From Alkanindiges sp. WGS2144 (GTDB lineage Bacteria > Pseudomonadota > Gammaproteobacteria > Pseudomonadales > Moraxellaceae): 32,000 nucleotides of DNA. The translations under genes were made by a program, and so were the position numbers. The notes below the pieces were generated by a model, which saw nothing but the letters and a program-made list of their open reading frames with translations, did no database searches and had not been told where the DNA came from. The DNA lies in the NCBI RefSeq assembly GCF_043950625.1, contig NZ_CP171007.1. One strand, given 5' to 3'. Shown one piece after another: positions 10,605 to 18,692 of this stretch (its first letter is position 1; every line of letters starts with the position of its first letter).

Positions 10605-12095
10605 CTAAATATCCAGTCCGTTTGCCGATAATTCAACCGCCTTGATCACTGCACGGGCTTTTATCATAGTTTCATTCCATTCTGCTTCCGCTACCGAGTC
10701 GGCTACCAGTCCTGCCCCGGCCTGTACCTGCACCTGCCCGTCACGAATCACGGCTGTACGAATGGCAATGGCGGTATCCATTTCGCCATGCCAGCCCAGA
10801 TAACCTACTGCACCACCAAATACACAACGCTTAACCGGTTCCAGCTCATCAATAATTTCCATAGCCCGGATTTTTGGTGCACCTGATAGTGTCCCAGCCG
10901 GAAAAGTCGCCTTGAATACATCCATGGCGCTGACGTCTTCCCGTACTTCGCCTTCTACATTCGAGACAATATGCATCACATGGGAATAGCGTTCAATCAC
11001 CATACGTTCAGTGACCTTTACTTTACCAATTTTACTGACACGCCCTATATCATTACGTCCCAGATCAATGAGCATTAAGTGTTCTGCTATTTCCTTGGTA
11101 TCATTCAATAAATCTTCTTCCAGGGCAACATCCTCAGCAGGGGTCTTGCCGCGTGGCCTTGTGCCTGCCAGTGGCCGCACAGTCGCAATACCATTTTCCA
11201 GGCGCGACAGGATTTCTGGCGAGGAGCCGATCAGATAAAAGGGTTTCTGGTCTATTAAGGTTTGACCCTGCACCATGAACAGATAAGGTGACGGATTTAA
11301 ATGTCGCAATGCGCGGTATACTGATAAAGGATCGCCATCAAAGTCCGAGACCATACGATGGCCTGGAACTACCTGCATCACATCACCGGCACGAATATAC
11401 TCTTTGACTGTTTCCACTGTGTGCAGGTATTTTTCCTGGCCAGTGATTGATTTAAACTGTGGCGGAGTATGTGGATTTGCCTGCAAGCTCACAGGTTGTG
11501 CCAGTAACTGCTCCAGCTGATCCAATCGGACAATAGCCTGGGCATAGGCATCTGCCTCACTGGTATCCGCATGGGTAATTAAAAACATGGTGTCGCTGAG
11601 GTTATCAAAGACAATGACTGTTCTTGATAGCATCAGCCAGATATCAGGAAGTCCCAGCACATCATGAGCTGGTGGATTTTTTAGCCTCCCTTCAATGTAG
11701 CGCACTGAGTCATAACCAAAATAACCGACTAAGCCCCCAGTAAAGACAGGTAAAGCAGGCACCAAATCAGGGGCAGGAACACGAAATTGGGCTTGAAACT
11801 GCTGAATATAGGTAAAAGGATCAGCACAATCAAATTGTTCCAGCTGTCCATCCTTTTGAATATGCATCACGCCATTATTACATTGCAGTACAGCATCCTG
11901 CCCTATACCGATCATGGAAAAACGCGCCCACTGCTCGCCTCCCTGCACTGATTCAAATAGATAGGCCAGTTGATGTTCACGCAAGCGGGCAAATACGGTA
12001 AGTGGCGTGTGGGTGTCGGCCAGGCGACGACGAAATACCGGAATATAATTATACCCGGCAGCCTTAAGCTGCTCAAACTGCTGCTGATCGGTCAT
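10605..12095 (-). CDS. trpE: Anthranilate synthase component I
   Basis: 496 aa beginning MTDQQQFEQLKAAGYNYIPVFRR. The chorismate-binding domain motifs GAVGYLGWHGEMDTAIAIRT and GAGLVADS are present. Confidence 0.93.
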   Translation of the reverse strand: MTDQQQFEQLKAAGYNYIPVFRRRLADTHTPLTVFARLREHQLAYLFESVQGGEQWARFSMIGIGQDAVLQCNNGVMHIQKDGQLEQFDCADPFTYIQQFQAQFRVPAPDLVPALPVFTGGLVGYFGYDSVRYIEGRLKNPPAHDVLGLPDIWLMLSRTVIVFDNLSDTMFLITHADTSEADAYAQAIVRLDQLEQLLAQPVSLQANPHTPPQFKSITGQEKYLHTVETVKEYIRAGDVMQVVPGHRMVSDFDGDPLSVYRALRHLNPSPYLFMVQGQTLIDQKPFYLIGSSPEILSRLENGIATVRPLAGTRPRGKTPAEDVALEEDLLNDTKEIAEHLMLIDLGRNDIGRVSKIGKVKVTERMVIERYSHVMHIVSNVEGEVREDVSAMDVFKATFPAGTLSGAPKIRAMEIIDELEPVKRCVFGGAVGYLGWHGEMDTAIAIRTAVIRDGQVQVQAGAGLVADSVAEAEWNETMIKARAVIKAVELSANGLDI

Positions 12096-12274
12096 GTTTT
12101 TCTCACAAATCTGTTTAATCTAAGCTGCCAGCTATTGGCAAAAATGTGGGAACGGCTAGGCTTGCCGCTATTTCTTGTTATAAATAACGCCAACGTGAGG
12201 TGCAAAAAGCCGGCATAACGCAGTTAAAATGCATAAAAATGACTCTAAAATCTGCCAACAAATCACAAGTAAAA

Positions 12275-12940
12275 TTATAGCAATTGCAACAATGAATCAA
12301 GTATCAGATCAGGGTTACTATTGGCAATGGGTTCACCATGGTTATACCCATAGGTCAGGGCAAAACAGCGCATCCCGGCTGCATGAGCCGCTTCTACATC
12401 ATTGCGTGAATCGCCAATCATAAGCGCCTGATGGGGTTCAAGCTCAAAATAATGCAGGGCGTGCAGCAGACTCATCGGATGCGGTTTTTTATGGGTGAGG
12501 CTATCCCCGCCAAGTACCAGCTGAAAAGGGCTAAGTAGATTTAGCGCATGTAATAAATCACAAGCGGGCTGATAGGGCTTGTTGGTGATACAGGCCAGAT
12601 ACAGGTCACGCTGCTGGCAGGTAGCAATAAATTCCTGCACTCCCGGATAAAGTTTACTATCAACGCATACATGCTTTTGATAATGCGACAAAAAAGCCTC
12701 AAGCAAGCGGTGCTGCTCGTTGGGATCCACTTCTACATCCTGATGCTTTAATACACAATACGCCAATTGCGGCGCACCACGGCCTACCCAGCAGCGTACT
12801 TGCGCCTCGGTAACGGCTAGCCGACCCAAATCTGCCAGTGCAGCATTGATGGCATAGTAAATATCAATGGCAGAATCCACCAGCGTGCCATCCAGATCAA
12901 AAAATACTGCACGTAAGGATGAAAGCTGGGCAAGTTTCAT
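12275..12940 (-). CDS. gph: Phosphoglycolate phosphatase (HAD superfamily)
   Basis: 221 aa carrying HAD motifs FDLDGTLVDS, ITNK, KKPHP and GDSRNDVEAA. Its position upstream of trpE is the usual gamma-proteobacterial arrangement. Confidence 0.8.
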   Translation of the reverse strand: MKLAQLSSLRAVFFDLDGTLVDSAIDIYYAINAALADLGRLAVTEAQVRCWVGRGAPQLAYCVLKHQDVEVDPNEQHRLLEAFLSHYQKHVCVDSKLYPGVQEFIATCQQRDLYLACITNKPYQPACDLLHALNLLSPFQLVLGGDSLTHKKPHPMSLLHALHYFELEPHQALMIGDSRNDVEAAHAAGMRCFALTYGYNHGEPIANSNPDLILDSLLQLL

Positions 12941-12980
12941 GTCTATAAGCTACTCTATGGTAAAGCTAACCGTTTGCACA

Positions 12981-13523
12981 TTAAACAATAAAATGCCACA
13001 CGGCCATGATGATGAGTAAAATAAAAATGGCCATGGCAATAGCAGCAGGCAGGGTGTTTTTAAAACCGGTTTTTTGCACAGGCGACTGCGCGGATGGCTG
13101 GGGTGCAACAGATTCAGGCGGTGACTGGATTTGTTGCGCTGGCATAGGCGCAGGTTTGGGTATGGAAACATGGCTGGGACGACCTTCCTCGGTCAGGCTA
13201 ACCGATTCGGTGGTCTTCTCACGCAGGCTTTCATTTAAGGTGTTTAGTACCAAAAAACGTACCACATCAATCTGGATTTCATCATTTAGCTCAAGCTGTT
13301 GCTCATTAATGCGTTGACCATTGACGAAAGTGCCATTGGATGAGTTTAAATCCCTGATCCACAATGCTTCATCCTGCACTGACAAGACAGCGTGACGGCG
13401 GGAAATATGCCCCCCCTGAAGAACAATATCAACACTCTGATCACGACCAATTACCTTGTCCTGATCAATGATTACTTCCTGACCCACAAACGGGCCGGCA
13501 ATTGCTTTAATTTTCCAGGTCAT
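12981..13523 (-). CDS. FHA-domain protein with a C-terminal transmembrane anchor
   Basis: 180 aa. The N-terminal FHA signature is IGRDQSVDIVLQGGHISRRHAVLSVQDEALWIRDLNSSNGTFVNGQRI. A P/S/Q-rich linker follows, and the protein ends in one hydrophobic helix, LPAAIAMAIFILLIIMAVWHFIV. Confidence 0.8.
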   Translation of the reverse strand: MTWKIKAIAGPFVGQEVIIDQDKVIGRDQSVDIVLQGGHISRRHAVLSVQDEALWIRDLNSSNGTFVNGQRINEQQLELNDEIQIDVVRFLVLNTLNESLREKTTESVSLTEEGRPSHVSIPKPAPMPAQQIQSPPESVAPQPSAQSPVQKTGFKNTLPAAIAMAIFILLIIMAVWHFIV

Positions 13524-13604
13524 GCTGGTTCCTCAGGACTGTAAAATAAAGGCGTAAACGGTGTAGCCATCAATTCTACCATAGTGCCCATTCCTAAACT
13601 GTGG

Positions 13605-15890
13605 TTACTCTGAACGAATAGTCGTTTGAATCACGGTGTTACCGTCACGGGTGGTATTGACAGCGGGTGGCATTACGGGTTGCCCATCAGTCATTGGCCT
13701 GGCGACAACTACAGGCGGACTGGTGACGGGGGTGATTCGTACAGGCTCTACCGCCACTGGTGTAGGATCAACATTACTCATGCGCTGCTGACCGGTTATA
13801 TCAGTGGTACTGTCGCCATAGATACGATCAATTTGTTCGGGTAGGCGGTTAATGCTGCCATTGGCATCCAGTGCCAGCTGCAAACTGCGCACCTGCCCAT
13901 AACGGGTCTGGGTCATATCGCTGACAGATTTACCATCACGGATAATGGTCGGATGTAAAAATACCAGCAAGTTACGCTTTTCTTTGCGCCCGGCATCTGA
14001 GCGGAACAGGCGCCCCAGTACTGGAATACTGCTTAGGCCCGGAACAGCCTGGGTTGAGCCAGTGGCATCATCCTGAATCAGGCCACCCAGTACAATCGTC
14101 TGCTGATCGTCGGCCAGAATTTCGGTTTTAATCAAGCGCTTGCTGGTAATTAAATCAGAAGAGCGGATGTCTGTATTGGTTTTTAGCACTGCCGATACTT
14201 CCTGCTCTACTTCCAGGCGGACAGTGCCATCATCGCCAATATGTGGAATGACTTTTAAGGTAATCCCCACATCCTTGCGCTCAATGGTTTGATAGGGATT
14301 GGTAGTTCCATTGGCTGTGGTAGTGGTTGAACCAGTAATAAACGGGACGTTTTGTCCCACCACAATATGGGCTTCCTGATTATCCAGCGTCATGACGGAA
14401 GGAACTGACAGCAGGTTGGCTTTTTCATCCACTTTAAGCGCCTGAATCAGCGCTCCATAAAAACTGACCGTGCCATTACTCTTACGGCGGTAATCACCCA
14501 GTGCAAAGGCTGCGCCTGCCAGATCGCTGGCAGCACCTGCTGCCGCTGCACCACCTGCTGATACACCCGCTGCCAGACTGGCCAGGCTAGCGCCTGCATT
14601 ACCAAAATTGATCAGGCCAACGCCGCTATTTAAGTCACCCAGCGCCCATTGAATACCCAGCTGATCAGTATTGGTTCCTGATACTTCTACAATAGCAGCT
14701 TCAATCAGTACCTGTGCGCGGCGGGTATCCAACTGTCCAATGGCAGTTTCAATTTCGCGCATTAACGCAGGTTCAGCCTTAACGACCAGCGCATTCTGGG
14801 TTTCATCGGCAATAATACTGACGCCACCGGCACTAAAAGTGCTAAGCTGGTTGCCCGAACTATTACTATTGTTACCCAGACTGGACAGGTTAATACTAGA
14901 GTTGGTGCCTGTAGACGAGTTATTGCTGGAACTTGTGGTACTACTGGAATTACTCAGACTGTTACTGCTCGTGTTATTAGTACTACCTGAACTGTAATCA
15001 TTTCCTGAGTTACTTGCCTGCCCGGATACTAGGCCCTGAAGCATTTGTGCCAGGTTTTTTGCACTGGCATGGCGCAAACGAAATACCCGCAAACCACCCA
15101 GACGGTCAGCAGGCGCAACATCCAGCATTTCTACCAAGTCACGAATACGTTTACGACTCTGGACATCCCCCTTGATCAACAGGCGATTGCTGCGTGCATC
15201 TGCAATTAAGCGAACCCGTGAACCACGCACATCACGTGATGCGCCGGTTGCGCTCATGGCATCTACCAGGCCAATAATTTCTTCAGCCTGACTATTCTTT
15301 AGGGCAACTGCTTCTACATCATCTTCACCGGTACCATCCAGGGTGCGTACCAGTTTTTCAATCTGTTCTATATTTTCAGCCCGGTCAGAAATAATCAGCG
15401 CATTAGTGCCGGGAATAGCCGCCAGATGGGCATATTGTGGCATTAATGGACGGATAGCCGGAATCAGGTCATTGGGATTGGTATTGGCCAGCCAGATCAC
15501 CCGGGTAACCACCAGTTCACCACGAACACGGCTACGGCTATCAAAAGGGGTACCACTGCCTTTTGCATTGGTATCCGGTACCAGTTTGATGGTATTGCCC
15601 GAAGGTACAGCCACCACGCCGTTAACATTCAGAACGCCTAAAAATAGCTCATAGACCTGATCACGGGTCAATGCCTTGTTGGAAATAACAGTGACTGTAC
15701 CTTTAACTCGCGGATCAACCGCAAAGTTTTTGCCGGTAATATCGGCCACTTCATTGACAAAAGCAGTCAGGTCGGCATCCCTTAAGTTAATTTTCCACGT
15801 CTGGGCATTGGCAGGGAATGCCAGTGCAGCCAGCAGGGGTAACGCCATGAACACACCATAAGCAGAGCGTTTACGTGCAAAGTTTGCCAT
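13605..15890 (-). CDS. gspD: Type II secretion system secretin GspD
   Basis: 761 aa with signal peptide ...AFPANAQ/TW. N-domains (VTRVIWLANTNPNDLIPAIRPLM, LIISDRAENIEQIEKLV) and a secretin domain (IVLGGLIQD...VPGLSSIPVLGRLF...NLLVFLHPTII) are present. Confidence 0.92.
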   Translation of the reverse strand: MANFARKRSAYGVFMALPLLAALAFPANAQTWKINLRDADLTAFVNEVADITGKNFAVDPRVKGTVTVISNKALTRDQVYELFLGVLNVNGVVAVPSGNTIKLVPDTNAKGSGTPFDSRSRVRGELVVTRVIWLANTNPNDLIPAIRPLMPQYAHLAAIPGTNALIISDRAENIEQIEKLVRTLDGTGEDDVEAVALKNSQAEEIIGLVDAMSATGASRDVRGSRVRLIADARSNRLLIKGDVQSRKRIRDLVEMLDVAPADRLGGLRVFRLRHASAKNLAQMLQGLVSGQASNSGNDYSSGSTNNTSSNSLSNSSSTTSSSNNSSTGTNSSINLSSLGNNSNSSGNQLSTFSAGGVSIIADETQNALVVKAEPALMREIETAIGQLDTRRAQVLIEAAIVEVSGTNTDQLGIQWALGDLNSGVGLINFGNAGASLASLAAGVSAGGAAAAGAASDLAGAAFALGDYRRKSNGTVSFYGALIQALKVDEKANLLSVPSVMTLDNQEAHIVVGQNVPFITGSTTTTANGTTNPYQTIERKDVGITLKVIPHIGDDGTVRLEVEQEVSAVLKTNTDIRSSDLITSKRLIKTEILADDQQTIVLGGLIQDDATGSTQAVPGLSSIPVLGRLFRSDAGRKEKRNLLVFLHPTIIRDGKSVSDMTQTRYGQVRSLQLALDANGSINRLPEQIDRIYGDSTTDITGQQRMSNVDPTPVAVEPVRITPVTSPPVVVARPMTDGQPVMPPAVNTTRDGNTVIQTTIRSE

Positions 15891-15959
15891 GTGTTGCCTT
15901 ACATCCTTTTCAAATTCTCAGATTAGCTGAACGTGCTGCATAGTAGAGTCGCCCAAGCA

Positions 15960-16793
15960 TTAAAAACTTTGTTGAATGGTCATGGTCTGTTCACCACGCC
16001 GGATCTCGATCTGGGCACTGCGCTGCTGCCGAATTTGTTCCAGCAGCCGCACATCATTTTGAACCTGACCCAATGGCCGGCCATTCAGTGACATGATACG
16101 GTCACCCGGGCGCAAGCCCAGCTTATTACGCAACTCCGCAGGTGCAGCAGCAGTAATTTCATAGCCCTGTCCGGTAGCTTGCACCCCCATCTGGCTTAAA
16201 TAAGCAGATGGATTGTTTCGCAATTGCTGTATGGCATCCCCGATAGCATTTTGGGCTTGCTGAGCTGAATCTACTGCCGGGGTAGCAGCTCTGGAGGGCA
16301 TACTTTGCCCCGTACTGTTTGCCGCTTCATCACCAAAATACAGGGTAGCTTCCTGTCCACTGTCACTTCTTAGCGTAATATGATCCCAGGCTACTGCCAA
16401 CAGTCGTTGCGAGGTGCCCTCAATTTGCTCACCAACCCGATAGCGGCTGGACTGGTTATTTACCCGGATCACAGCCGCAGAGCGATAGACTGGATTGCCC
16501 AGAAACACACCCTCCAGTTTGAGGGGAAGCTGCTGTTCACTATTGCTACCTGATGGTAAGTCCACCCGGTTTTCTTTAAACAGGGAAAATCCGCTCAGAT
16601 TGGGAACATGCGTACTGCTTTGATAACTTAAGGCCACATCACGCGCTACTGGCGGTTGTGGAGGAGCCAGCAGCAGCCAGATGAGCGCTGCTATCTTCCA
16701 GCATAGCCATACAATCAGTATAAACAGCAACCAGGGCGCTAGCAGATCCAGCTGCTTAAGGGATAAATACTGCCGCGAAAAATACTGACGCAT
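15960..16793 (-). CDS. gspC: Type II secretion system protein GspC (N-terminal TM, C-terminal PDZ-like domain)
   Basis: 277 aa with a single N-terminal TM segment (LLAPWLLFILIVWLCWKIAALIWLLL) and a C-terminal PDZ-like stretch (LGLRPGDRIMSLNGRPL). It lies immediately upstream of gspD, and its start overlaps the gspN stop (TAATG). Confidence 0.72.
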   Translation of the reverse strand: MRQYFSRQYLSLKQLDLLAPWLLFILIVWLCWKIAALIWLLLAPPQPPVARDVALSYQSSTHVPNLSGFSLFKENRVDLPSGSNSEQQLPLKLEGVFLGNPVYRSAAVIRVNNQSSRYRVGEQIEGTSQRLLAVAWDHITLRSDSGQEATLYFGDEAANSTGQSMPSRAATPAVDSAQQAQNAIGDAIQQLRNNPSAYLSQMGVQATGQGYEITAAAPAELRNKLGLRPGDRIMSLNGRPLGQVQNDVRLLEQIRQQRSAQIEIRRGEQTMTIQQSF

Positions 16794-17536
16794 TATGGGG
16801 CTCGCAAACTAGACAGAGGCTGACGGGTAGACACCACCGCAGTATCCAGCCCGGCCTGTCCCCGATAACCGGCTACTGTCAGTAGCAGGCGCTGGGTTAA
16901 CTGAACCTCCAGCATGTTATCACTGGACAAATAAATATCACCCATGCGTTCATTTTGCAGGTTGCTCAGGTTGAGCTGCAAACGACCCTTTTCAGCACTA
17001 AGCCGTGCCGCCAGAGGCGGCAAGTTGGCACGCTCCACCCGTCCCTCAAAGGGATAACCCAGCATTCCACCGGTCCAGTTCAATTGACCATCAGCCTGCT
17101 GCCAGCCCTTTTGCTCATGATGAATCACCTTGATGTGATGCAACTGAATAGGATTATTGGGCCACTGCCAAGGCAGAAGTGTGCTCAGGGTTTGGGTACT
17201 GATTTGTCCATTTAACTGTTCAATACGCCGCTGTTTAAACCCTACCGCCACTTTCCCATTTAGGCGGGTTTCACCAGTAAGCAGCTCAACATCTGCGCCC
17301 AGTCGCAGTAGCAGCAATGACCATGGGCGTAATTTCCACGACATTACTCCCTGTACCTGCTCCACATGCCAATCGGCCTGACCTTGCCACACACTGCCAC
17401 TGATACTGTCGATATAAGGGTTATTAGGAGAAACACGGGCAATAATCCAGGCGGCAGGCAACTGCAATATAATGAATAAGAGCAATAAAAGAACCGCAAA
17501 AACCCACCAGCCCTTCCCCGGCTGTTTTGTTGTCAT
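16793..17536 (-). CDS. gspN: Type II secretion system protein GspN
   Basis: ORF 16793..17590. The likely start is the internal ATG at 17536 (MTTKQPGKGWWVFAVLLLLLFIILQLPAAW). It has one N-terminal TM segment and the SGSVWQG motif typical of GspN, and is translationally coupled to gspC. Confidence 0.65.
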   Translation of the reverse strand: MTTKQPGKGWWVFAVLLLLLFIILQLPAAWIIARVSPNNPYIDSISGSVWQGQADWHVEQVQGVMSWKLRPWSLLLLRLGADVELLTGETRLNGKVAVGFKQRRIEQLNGQISTQTLSTLLPWQWPNNPIQLHHIKVIHHEQKGWQQADGQLNWTGGMLGYPFEGRVERANLPPLAARLSAEKGRLQLNLSNLQNERMGDIYLSSDNMLEVQLTQRLLLTVAGYRGQAGLDTAVVSTRQPLSSLRAP

Positions 17537-17699
17537 TGTTAAAATACCATCATTTGTTTTAACCCATGGCCTACCGCCGCATGATGGCACATTATGCGCA
17601 AATCTCTTAAAAACGAAAAGGGTTTTGTTACCGGTTTTGTAGAGCAGCTGCCAGACCTTAAAATATACCAGTCAGCTGATACACTACACCAATGCAGAA

Positions 17700-18032
17700 T
17701 TAAGCCTGAATCAGGAAGCTCTCAAGGCGGGCACCATCAGCAATTTTGGCGACTAGCCAGCGTGGTTGTTTGCCACGACCTGTCCAGGTTTCATTGTGAT
17801 TTTCTGGATTACGATAGCGCGGCGCAACTGGCTTACGTGTACCAGCCTTGCCAGATTTGCTACCGCGTGCAATCAGTTCTTCCAGGGATACCCCGGCTTC
17901 AGCGGCAATTTGCTTGATCTTGTCATAGGCTGCGTCGAGCTCTTGCTCTTTTTTGGCTTCAATTAATGCTTCTGCTTTATCAGTTAATTTTTTAAGCTCG
18001 GCAACAGTTAAATTACTAATATCAGGCTGCAT
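17700..18032 (-). CDS. hns: H-NS family nucleoid-associated DNA-binding protein
   Basis: The ORF starts at a GTG at 18044, but the ATG at 18032 has a GGGAGA Shine-Dalgarno 6 nt upstream (MQPDISNLTVAELKKL...). It has an N-terminal coiled-coil and the C-terminal H-NS core motif TWTGRGKQPRW. Confidence 0.85.
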   Translation of the reverse strand: MQPDISNLTVAELKKLTDKAEALIEAKKEQELDAAYDKIKQIAAEAGVSLEELIARGSKSGKAGTRKPVAPRYRNPENHNETWTGRGKQPRWLVAKIADGARLESFLIQA

Positions 18033-18128
18033 GTTATCTCCCACGAATATAAACCTGTCATATATTAAACAATATATTGATCATATTATAATCGTGAGAG
18101 TATTGTCACCTATTATTTAATCTATTAA
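18033..18128 (-). promoter_or_regulatory. Extremely AT-rich hns upstream region with a TATAAT box
   Basis: The 96-nt spacer between ssb and hns is almost devoid of G/C. The minus strand carries TATAAT (18090-18085) 53 nt before the ATG. No good -35 was found at standard spacing. AT-rich curved DNA is the usual substrate for H-NS autoregulation. Confidence 0.35.
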
Positions 18129-18638
18129 TTAAAACGGCAGGTCATCATCCAGATCAGTATTATATTGTGGCGTGCTGCTGCCCGGGGCATTTCTGGCCTG
18201 ATTATTACCTGCATACTGGTTATCGTTTGAATAACTGTTAGCAGCCGGTGATTTTGCACTATAAGGGGCATAATCCATATTCTGATTATCACCCTGATTA
18301 CTACGCGGGCCATCCAGCATTTGCATGGAATCACCACGAATTTCAGTAGTGAAACGCTCCTGACCGTCTTTGTCAGTCCATTTACGGGTACGCAAGCTGC
18401 CTTCAATATAAACCTTACTGCCCTTTCTTAAATACTGCTGAGCCACCTCGCCCAGACGGTTATTTAATACGATGCGGTGCCACTCAGTATTTTCCTGGCG
18501 CTCACCGGTATTTTTATCAGTCCAGCTTTCACTGGTGGCAATAGAAAACTGGGTGATTGAACCGCCATTAGGAAAAGTTTTGGTTTCAGGGTCACGACCT
18601 AAAGTGCCCACTAAAATGACTTTATTAACGCCACGCAT
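18129..18638 (-). CDS. ssb: Single-stranded DNA-binding protein
   Basis: 169 aa with an OB-fold N-terminus ([26 protein letters not shown]...TEWHRIV), a G/Q/N/P-rich linker and the acidic tail DDDLPF. Confidence 0.96.
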   Translation of the reverse strand: MRGVNKVILVGTLGRDPETKTFPNGGSITQFSIATSESWTDKNTGERQENTEWHRIVLNNRLGEVAQQYLRKGSKVYIEGSLRTRKWTDKDGQERFTTEIRGDSMQMLDGPRSNQGDNQNMDYAPYSAKSPAANSYSNDNQYAGNNQARNAPGSSTPQYNTDLDDDLPF

Positions 18639-18692
18639 TGCTGTTTTCCTCGTGTTTAATTCTTTGATGGGTTGACTGTAAACTAGTATTGC

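Noticed and set aside
12178-12234. An 18-codon minus-strand mini-ORF upstream of trpE (MHFNCVMPAFCTSRWRYL), considered as a trp leader peptide.
   Set aside because: It has only one Trp codon rather than tandem Trp codons, no visible Shine-Dalgarno, and no convincing terminator/antiterminator pair between it and trpE. It would need ribosome profiling to revive.
12950-13317. ORFs 12950..13171 (-) and 13006..13317 (+) overlapping the FHA gene.
   Set aside because: They are alternative-frame or antisense ORFs inside a gene with a clear FHA signature, and they have no independent support.
14671-14997. A plus-strand ORF with a Leu-rich tail (LLLELVVLLELLRLLLLVLLVLPEL).
   Set aside because: It is the antisense mirror of the Ser/Asn low-complexity tract of gspD, an artefact of the repeat composition.
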